From assembly GCA_025059775.1 (NCBI GenBank), contig JANXCW010000006.1, forward strand, positions 22,361-86,360: a DNA stretch of 64,000 bases. Reading direction: 5' to 3'. The position numbers and the translations under genes were made by a program. This stretch comes from Armatimonadota bacterium. Its GTDB lineage: Bacteria > Sysuimicrobiota > Sysuimicrobiia > Sysuimicrobiales > Sysuimicrobiaceae. Shown piece after piece: positions 57,650 to 64,000 of this stretch. Below the pieces are notes generated by a model, which searched no databases, had not been told where the DNA came from, and saw only the letters and a program-made list of their open reading frames with translations. Within the stretch, counting starts at the first letter, position 1. Every line of letters starts with the position of its first letter.

Positions 57650-58537
57650 TCAGGCGGGGAGGGCGAGCACCGCGTCGCTTGGTCGGACCACCGGTCCGCC
57701 TCGCTCGTCCGTGCCCTCGAACACCAGGAGGGCAAAGTAATCCTCCACCAGCTTCTCCCGCGGTTCCCGGGAGGCGATGAACACCCCTACCCCGACCACC
57801 TCCGCCCGGAACTCCCGCATGAGGTCGTACATCCCCCGAACCGTCCCACCTCCCCGTAGGAAGTCGTCCACGAACAGGACCCGTTGGCCCTCCCGGATAG
57901 CCCGGAGGGGAAGACTCATCTGCTGGACCATTCGGGACGACCCGGAAAGGTAGTTCACGGTCACCGCGGGACCTTCCGTGACGCGACCCGCCCGTCGGAT
58001 GGTCACGAGGGGGACGTTGAAGGCCCGGGCGGTCATGAAAGCCACGGGGATCCCCTTGACCTCCATGGTCAGGACCACATCGGGCCGACGATCGCCGAAG
58101 TACGTGGCGAACGCCTCCCCCACCTGTTCCACGATGGAGGGTGTGGAGAGGAGATCCGTGGTGTAGAGGAATCCGCCGGGCAGCAGGCGGTGCGGGGTAC
58201 TCAGCTTGGCACTCAGCTCCTCTGCGACCACCCGGATGCGGCGCGGATCCCGTTCCGGAACGTAGCGCACGCCTCCCGCGGCTCCCGCCAGGGTCTCGAT
58301 CCGACCTAGCCCAAACCGTTGAAAAGCCACCCGCAGGGCCGCGATGTCCTCACTGACGGTGGACTTCGCCACCCCCAGCAGCTGCATGAACACGTTCAAG
58401 GAGTGCACCTTGTAGGGCTCTGAGCGCAGCAGGTGCGCGACGTACAGCATGCGCTCTCCCCGGCGCAGGCGGGGGGAGCCCGCCGCGCGCTCCCGCACGG
58501 TGCCCATCGCCTGTCGGAACTCCGCTTCCCTGGGCAT
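57650..58537 (-). CDS. purR: Purine operon repressor PurR (PRTase-fold with N-terminal wHTH)
   Basis: Collinear with B. subtilis PurR (VPGAAGGVRYVP, PRT motif VLFVDDFLRGGGT). Exact start uncertain (several in-frame Met). Confidence 0.8.
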   Translation of the reverse strand: MPREAEFRQAMGTVRERAAGSPRLRRGERMLYVAHLLRSEPYKVHSLNVFMQLLGVAKSTVSEDIAALRVAFQRFGLGRIETLAGAAGGVRYVPERDPRRIRVVAEELSAKLSTPHRLLPGGFLYTTDLLSTPSIVEQVGEAFATYFGDRRPDVVLTMEVKGIPVAFMTARAFNVPLVTIRRAGRVTEGPAVTVNYLSGSSRMVQQMSLPLRAIREGQRVLFVDDFLRGGGTVRGMYDLMREFRAEVVGVGVFIASREPREKLVEDYFALLVFEGTDERGGPVVRPSDAVLALPA

Positions 58538-58540
58538 CTT

Positions 58541-59299
58541 TTACCCGTCCTGGGCCCCGAGAACCTGCCCGATCCGGCGCAGGGTCTCCGGTCGGTTCAG
58601 GTCCACGTCTACCGCCAGCTCCGGCCGATGACAGACCACCGCCTTGCCCCGGATCCCCGTAATTGCCTGGACCCGCTCCTCCAGATCCGTGATGCGGAGT
58701 CGCCCGAGCGCGTACTTCACCACATACTGCGGGCCAAACAGGCCTGCCAGCCGGGCCGGATTCTTCCGGACCTCCACCACCTGCCGGATCACGGGCTCCA
58801 GGCGTTGGAGGATCTCGGGACGCACGAGGATCATCCCCCCGCCCGTGAACACCCCCTCCGCCATGCGCACATAGGTCTTGCGGAGCCCGGGAAACGCGGC
58901 CTCCACCACCGCGCGGGGAATGACGGGGTAGTACACCTCCGCCTGCCCTTCGCGGCATCCCTCGAGGAACTCGGAGATGGCCTGAGGGGTGAGGAGTGGG
59001 AGGTCCGAGGCTACGAGAAGAACCCAGGGAGCCGGGCTCAAGGCCCTGAGCCCCGCCAAGGCATTCCCCAGGAGGTCCTGGGTGTCCGGGATCCAGAGGT
59101 CGCACAGATCCCGCACGGCCTCCGGGAGATGGGGGGCCACGAGGACGATACGTCCCACCTGAGGGGTGGCCCGCACCACCCGCATCACCCGCTCCACCAT
59201 GGGGATCCCCGCAACGGGCAGGAACGCTTTGTTGGGCAGACCCTCCGGCAGGCCCTCCTCCCCCCCGCCCCCTGCCAGGACCACCGCGTCTACCCTCAC
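58541..59299 (-). CDS. MobA-like NTP-transferase domain protein (nucleotidyltransferase)
   Basis: LAGGGG...NKAFLPVAGIPMVERV N-terminal NTP_transf_3 motif. GTG start overlaps the ispE TGA (GTGA). Confidence 0.65.
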   Translation of the reverse strand: MRVDAVVLAGGGGEEGLPEGLPNKAFLPVAGIPMVERVMRVVRATPQVGRIVLVAPHLPEAVRDLCDLWIPDTQDLLGNALAGLRALSPAPWVLLVASDLPLLTPQAISEFLEGCREGQAEVYYPVIPRAVVEAAFPGLRKTYVRMAEGVFTGGGMILVRPEILQRLEPVIRQVVEVRKNPARLAGLFGPQYVVKYALGRLRITDLEERVQAITGIRGKAVVCHRPELAVDVDLNRPETLRRIGQVLGAQDG

Positions 59300-60171
59300 C
59301 GCTCCAGCTCCGCGAAGGTTCGGGTGAGGATCACCTGCCCGGGGAAGGTGCCGGAGAGGGCTTGGATCGCCTCCCGGGCCACCGCCTCCTCCGCAAACAG
59401 GCCAAACACCGCGGGTCCCGTACCGGTCATGGAAGCCCCGAGGGCCCCTGCGCTTCTCAGGCGCTCCAGGAGTTCTCCCACCAGGGGATGGTGGGCGCAC
59501 ACCAAGGGCGTGAAGACGTTGCTCAGCCGGGCCGCCACCCCCTGGACGTCTCCCGCCCGCAGGGCCTGGATCGTTCCCTCCGTGTCCGGGTGGCGCGTGA
59601 TCCCTGCACGATCCAGGGATTCATAGGCCCATCCGGTGGGGATGCCGAAATCCGGACAGAGGAGCACCACCCAGGTGCTCGGCAGGGTTGGCAGGTACTG
59701 GAGCCGCTCCCCCCGACCCGTGGCCAGGGCGGCACCCCCCGCCAGGAAGAAGGGAACGTCCGATCCGATCCGGGCTGCCAGGGACAGCAGCTCCCCTCCA
59801 TCCAGCCGCAGCTTCCACAGCTGCGCGAGCCCCAGAAGGGTCACCGCCGCGTCCGAGGATCCGCCTCCCAGTCCGGAGGCGGGGGGGATGTGCTTGCGGA
59901 GCTCGATCTCGATGCCCCGATCCACCCCGTAGGTGTCCCGGAGCAGTTGGGCGGTCCGGAATACGAGGTTCTGTTCGTCGGTGGGCACCGCCCGGTGGTC
60001 GCATCGCACCGTGACACTCCGCTCCACCTCCCGCAGGATCACGATGTCGTGCAGCTCGAGGGTGTGCAGTACCGTCACGATCTCGTGGTACCCGTCCGGG
60101 CGTCGGCCGAGGACGTCGAGGGTGAGGTTCACCTTCGCATAGGCGTTGAGCCGCAGCTCCTTCACCAGCAC
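59296..60171 (-). CDS. ispE: 4-diphosphocytidyl-2-C-methyl-D-erythritol kinase
   Basis: AYAKVNLTLDVLGRRPDGYHEI and the GHMP ATP-motif PPASGLGGGSSDAA. Confidence 0.9.
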   Translation of the reverse strand: MLVKELRLNAYAKVNLTLDVLGRRPDGYHEIVTVLHTLELHDIVILREVERSVTVRCDHRAVPTDEQNLVFRTAQLLRDTYGVDRGIEIELRKHIPPASGLGGGSSDAAVTLLGLAQLWKLRLDGGELLSLAARIGSDVPFFLAGGAALATGRGERLQYLPTLPSTWVVLLCPDFGIPTGWAYESLDRAGITRHPDTEGTIQALRAGDVQGVAARLSNVFTPLVCAHHPLVGELLERLRSAGALGASMTGTGPAVFGLFAEEAVAREAIQALSGTFPGQVILTRTFAELER

Positions 60172-60402
60172 CTCCCTCGGAGAGGCATACCCTTCCCCTG
60201 AGCTAGGGGCTACCCCTCTTCCGAGTTCCCAATCCCCCCACGCATCCGGCCAGCCCCTCCCGGGGATGCGGGAAAGATCCCTTTCATCTTGGACGGGAAC
60301 CCCTCGGAATCCTACCGAACTGGAGGAAGATCCAAAAGTGGTACGCCGCGAGGAGATCCGCTATGCTGGGGAACTGCGCAGGGCTTTCTGTGAGAGGTCG
60401 GG

Positions 60403-61653
60403 GTGTCGCGTTCCCTCCGAGTCCACCGGAGCCTAGGACGGTTCCTCCGGGCAGCAGGGTTGCTGGTCCTGTTGGCGTTGGGGGGATTCCTGGCCTGGAA
60501 CCTCGCCCGGATCATCTCCGCCGCGGGAGTTCTCTCCTTCGTGCGTCTCGGTGGGGACCCGCGGTTCGCATGGCCTCTACAGATCCGGGACCGCGTGAAC
60601 GTCCTTCTCATCGGCACGGACATCACCCTCAACACCCGCCGCCAGGTCGTCTCGAATCTCGCGCGGGCGGATACCCTGATCCTCATGTCCTTCGACCCAC
60701 ACACCCGCACCGCCCAGTTTCTCTCCATTCCCCGGGACACCCGGGTCCACCTTCCGAACCACGGCACCTCGAAGATCAACGCCGCATACGCCTTTGGTGG
60801 CGTCCCCCTCACCATCCGAGCGGTGGAGGTGCTCCTGGGCGTCCGGGTGCACTACTACCTGAAGATGGGCGCGGAGTCCTTTGCCCGGCTCGTGGACGCG
60901 GTGGGTGGCGTGTGGGTGGACGTGGAGCAGGACATGCACTACCAGGACTGGTGGGGGGGCTTCTCCGTGAACCTCAAAAAGGGGCGGCGGTTGCTCACGG
61001 GGGAGCAGGCCATGGGCTATGCCCGGTTCCGAATGGACGAGTTGGGCGACATCGGGCGCGTCCAGCGCCAGCAGAAGGTGATCCGAGCCCTTTTCGCCCG
61101 GATGCGGGAGCCTCAGACGGTGCTCCGGTTCCCCCAGCTCCTCCACTGGTTCCGCACCCGCACCCAGACCAACCTCGACCTCCAGAAGGTCCTGGCCCTC
61201 GGCTGGTTTTTGCGCGGGATCGGCACGGATCGCATCCGCACCGCCACGCTACCGGGCCGATTCGCCCCCTCGTTCTGGGAGCCGGATGAACCCCGGGTGC
61301 GGGCAGTGGTGCTGGAGATGTTCTACGGCCTGGACCCGCACGCGGTGGCGCAGACCCGGGTGGAAGTCCTGAACGCGAGCGAGGTGCCAGGCATGGCCCG
61401 GGAGGTGGCCGCACGGCTGGAGCGGATGGGATTCCTCGTGGTCCGGGTGGGCCTTGCCCCAAAGCCCCGAAACCAGACCGCCATCCTCTCCCACCGGGGG
61501 GACGCGCGTCTGGCCCGGGCAGTGCGGGAGATGCTGGGAACCGGAGCGCTCGCCACCCGCCCCACCCGGAACGTGTACGTGGATCTCACGGTGCTTGTGG
61601 GGAGGGACTATGCACGCCGCCGCCTCCTGGCCCGGCGATCCGGAATCCCTTAA
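60403..61653 (+). CDS. LytR-CpsA-Psr (LCP) family cell-envelope phosphotransferase
   Basis: N-terminal TM anchor, LCP domain (VNVLLIGTDITLNTRRQV...RADTLILMSFDP, INAAYAFGG), and a C-terminal LytR_C domain. Confidence 0.85.
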   Translation: MSRSLRVHRSLGRFLRAAGLLVLLALGGFLAWNLARIISAAGVLSFVRLGGDPRFAWPLQIRDRVNVLLIGTDITLNTRRQVVSNLARADTLILMSFDPHTRTAQFLSIPRDTRVHLPNHGTSKINAAYAFGGVPLTIRAVEVLLGVRVHYYLKMGAESFARLVDAVGGVWVDVEQDMHYQDWWGGFSVNLKKGRRLLTGEQAMGYARFRMDELGDIGRVQRQQKVIRALFARMREPQTVLRFPQLLHWFRTRTQTNLDLQKVLALGWFLRGIGTDRIRTATLPGRFAPSFWEPDEPRVRAVVLEMFYGLDPHAVAQTRVEVLNASEVPGMAREVAARLERMGFLVVRVGLAPKPRNQTAILSHRGDARLARAVREMLGTGALATRPTRNVYVDLTVLVGRDYARRRLLARRSGIP

Positions 61654-62531
61654 TGCGCCTGGAGATCCCCAGCCGCGGAGAGACCGAGGTTGGAGGTGAT
61701 CTCCCCGCACCGGGCCAGGGCCTCCGCAAGGGCCAGGAACTCCTGCAGGGAAAGCGTCTCCCCGCGCCGGCGGAGCGCCACCCTTGCCCGCTCCGCCGCT
61801 GCTTCCAGCGCCGCCGCGGGGATCCCCAGGGTCCGGAGGGCATTCCGCAGCTGTTTGCGACGGTGAGCGAAGGCGGCCCGGATCACGCGGAACAGCAGGG
61901 CTTCGTCCACCGAGCCGGGGGGAGGATGCGGCCGCAGGACCACCACCGCGGAGTGCACTCTGGGCGGCGGGAGGAAAGCGCGGGGGGGGATTCGCAGGGC
62001 GATCTCCACCCGGGCCCGATACTGAACGAGGAGACTCAACAGCCCGTAATCCTTCGTCCCCGGACAGGCGGCCATGCGTTCCGCCACCTCCCGCTGGACC
62101 ATGAGCACCAGGCGCTCCAGGTCCGGAACCTCCTCCAGGAGGCGCACGGTGAGCGATGAAGCGATCTGGTAGGGAAGGTTGCTCACCACCTTGCGGACAA
62201 ACCCCGGAGGAAAGAGGGACCGCAGGTCCAGGGTGAGGATGTCGGCCTGCACGATCTGCACGTTGGGAAGGCCCGAAACCTGCTCCCGCAACACAGCCTG
62301 GAGGGCGGGATCCACCTCCACCGCCACCACCCAGCCCGCGCGCCTGGCGAGCTGCTCCGTTAAGGTTCCCGTCCCGGCCCCCACCTCCAGCACCGCATCC
62401 TGGGGCCCCAGGTCCGCCAGGGCCACGATGCGCTCCAGAACCCGGGCATCCACGAGGAAGTGCTGCCCCAGCCTCCGCTTGGGCTGTAGGTGATGGCGAC
62501 GGAGGGCGGCCCGGAGGTCCTGCCTCAACAC
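61650..62531 (-). CDS. rsmA: 16S rRNA (adenine1518/1519-N6)-dimethyltransferase
   Basis: KRRLGQHFLVD and SAM motif (VLEVGAGTGTLT), with NLPYQI. Confidence 0.9.
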   Translation of the reverse strand: MLRQDLRAALRRHHLQPKRRLGQHFLVDARVLERIVALADLGPQDAVLEVGAGTGTLTEQLARRAGWVVAVEVDPALQAVLREQVSGLPNVQIVQADILTLDLRSLFPPGFVRKVVSNLPYQIASSLTVRLLEEVPDLERLVLMVQREVAERMAACPGTKDYGLLSLLVQYRARVEIALRIPPRAFLPPPRVHSAVVVLRPHPPPGSVDEALLFRVIRAAFAHRRKQLRNALRTLGIPAAALEAAAERARVALRRRGETLSLQEFLALAEALARCGEITSNLGLSAAGDLQAH

Positions 62532-62557
62532 ACCCCCATTCTAGGACGGAGACAGGG

Positions 62558-63568
62558 TCATTGGCCCAGGATCCATACCCGGACCCGACGTCGGCCCCAT
62601 CGTAGGGCCTCCCGTACGGAGTTGAAGCACACGTCGATGCGCAGCCCCCGGATGGCTCCCCCGGTGTCCGCGGCGATGGCGGTTCCGTACCCCTCCACGT
62701 ACACCACGGTTCCCAGCGGGATCACCCGGGGATCCACCGCGATCACCCCGTGGCGGGCCCGCAGGCCCGTGGCGGTCACCGCATCCACCCCCCGATCCCC
62801 GTACGGCGCGTAGGCACTCGCGGTGACCACCAGGGAAGGTCGACGGATCAGTTCTCCCCGGGAAGGGATGTACCCACGTCCGATGCGTACCACCTGCGGT
62901 TGCGGCGGGAGGATCACCCGGTGCCCAACCTTCTCCCTGCGCACCACTTGCCCGTCCACTCGGATTATCCGGTAGCGTCGCTCGACCACGCCCGGCCGGC
63001 CGGGTTGGATCACCTCCGCTCCCCGGGCGAACAGCGCCCGCACCACCCGGTACGTCACGGGAAAGGGAACGGTCTCGCGCACCACCTCGGTTTCCTCTCG
63101 CACCCGCTGCACCCGGATCTCGCTCCCGCTCTCCAGGGGAGCGTCCAGAGGGGGAGAAACCCGATCTAAGGACTGGAGACGGATCCCCACAGCCTCCAGG
63201 ACCTCTCGGGGGGTCCGGGCAAGGGTACGCAGGGAATGGATCCTCCCATCCACCCGGATCCGCACGGGAATCGCCCGCACCACCGTCACCCGGATCCCGG
63301 GCGCAAGAGGCGTGGCAAGCGGCGGGAAGACCGCGTCTTCCGGACGGAGGGAGATCTGCCGCTCCAGCAGGAGGTCTGCCACGGTCCGGGAGCGGGTGAG
63401 CACCGCTTCCACGCGACCGTCCACCTCCAGCTCCACCACTACCCCCTCCTCTGCGGCTCCCCGGAGACCCGCCACCAGGACCAGTCCAGCCACCATCACC
63501 TGCACAATCCCACGGTGCCCACACAGGCGCATCGGTTCCCTCCCTCGCTGTCCGGTATGTGGAACCAC
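62558..63568 (-). CDS. YabE-like protein (DUF348/G5 + C-terminal 3D domain)
   Basis: C-terminal 3D domain (VVTASAYAPYGDRGVDAVTATGLRARHGVIAVDPRVIPLGTVVYVEGYGTAIAADTGGAIRG). Sits at the Bacillus yabE position upstream of ksgA. Confidence 0.75.
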   Translation of the reverse strand: MVPHTGQRGREPMRLCGHRGIVQVMVAGLVLVAGLRGAAEEGVVVELEVDGRVEAVLTRSRTVADLLLERQISLRPEDAVFPPLATPLAPGIRVTVVRAIPVRIRVDGRIHSLRTLARTPREVLEAVGIRLQSLDRVSPPLDAPLESGSEIRVQRVREETEVVRETVPFPVTYRVVRALFARGAEVIQPGRPGVVERRYRIIRVDGQVVRREKVGHRVILPPQPQVVRIGRGYIPSRGELIRRPSLVVTASAYAPYGDRGVDAVTATGLRARHGVIAVDPRVIPLGTVVYVEGYGTAIAADTGGAIRGLRIDVCFNSVREALRWGRRRVRVWILGQ

Positions 63569-63687
63569 AGCCCCGACGGAAGGAAGGACGAATCGACCTG
63601 AATATTTACCTGTGCAACTGGAATGATCTTAGAGCATAAATTTTCATCAATTCAACTCGGCTTCAAAAGGGGGGTAGGGCAGGGAAT

Positions 63688-64000
63688 TCAGAATTCCGGT
63701 GCGGAGGGAGGCCTGCGAAGGGGCGTGCCGATGAAGAGACCCTCACCTCCGAGGGTTTCCTGGAGACGTCCCTCCAGGAGGATCTGGACCGCGTCCACTC
63801 CGCGCATCCGGGTTGCCGTATAGACGATTTGGTAGACCCGGGCCAGCATGCTGGCGCTTCCCCCTCCCCGCTCAAACTCCCGGCTCAGGTTGACGTATGC
63901 GACCCCGCGCTCAACCCGCACGCCGAGGAGTCGGGTTCCGGAGGGGATTTCGGAGCTGTAGCCCATCCCCTGCTCCTCCGGGTTGGGGCCTTCCAGGAGG
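63688..64000 (-). CDS. GerMN-domain-like protein, 3' portion (gene continues beyond window end)
   Basis: GerMN-like C-terminal sequence (VAYVNLSREFERGGGSASMLARVYQIVYTATRM...VQILLEG). Frame is open past 64000. Confidence 0.45.
   Translation of the reverse strand, partial: LLEGPNPEEQGMGYSSEIPSGTRLLGVRVERGVAYVNLSREFERGGGSASMLARVYQIVYTATRMRGVDAVQILLEGRLQETLGGEGLFIGTPLRRPPSAPEF

Noticed and set aside
60146-60436. ORF of 96 aa in the ispE-LCP intergenic region (position where Bacillus has veg/sspF/yabG)
   Set aside because: Translation has no similarity to Veg or SspF as far as I can recall. Composition resembles non-coding read-through. No RBS.

Overview
This is a high-GC (about 70%), gene-dense bacterial chromosomal segment; almost every gene has a GC-rich shadow ORF on the opposite strand. 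Gene order matches Bacillus-type synteny in three blocks: radA-yacL-ispD-ispF-cysS-rlmB-sigH, rplU-rpmA-obg, and yabE-ksgA-ispE-purR, with a SigH orthologue that I recognise from memory. From this I infer a high-GC thermophilic Firmicutes-like organism; this is an inference, not a database hit. Core content: a partial P1B-type metal ATPase; a contiguous accD-accA-accB-accC cluster; E1alpha/E1beta/E2 genes of a 2-oxoacid dehydrogenase; a macro-domain/ROK glucokinase pair; an SPFH protein; a sugar ABC ATPase with PGI/PMI; tRNA-Gly(CCC); moaA; sigH; the proC-pheA-thrC-hom-lysC chain behind a T-box leader; the obg-rpmA-rplU operon; and purR/ispE/ksgA housekeeping genes. The 11.7-39.7 kb accessory-like stretch holds the most interesting material. 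(1) A + strand operon encodes a tandem-Usp-GpgS fusion, a GH63 glycosyl-glycerate hydrolase, MscS and glgC, with the mscS stop overlapping the glgC start. (2) A glycolate/glyoxylate module: aceB-glcD-glcE-glcF plus an MFS transporter, IclR and an AGXT-type aminotransferase. (3) A tightly coupled - strand operon of GT4, an MBL-fold hydrolase, a second GT81-like GpgS/MpgS homologue and a glycerate kinase. I propose this as a candidate, possibly undescribed, glycosyl-glycerate compatible-solute pathway with a non-canonical phosphatase. (4) A low-GC island of about 1.4 kb (about 45% GC) lies between glgA and an HD-GYP gene. It contains two tiny ORFs sharing an MNKWG start and flanked by a 12-nt direct repeat, several palindromes, and a compositional breakpoint inside the HD-GYP ORF. 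No CRISPR arrays, transposases or rRNA genes are seen. Hand-counted start coordinates may be off by 1-3 nt.
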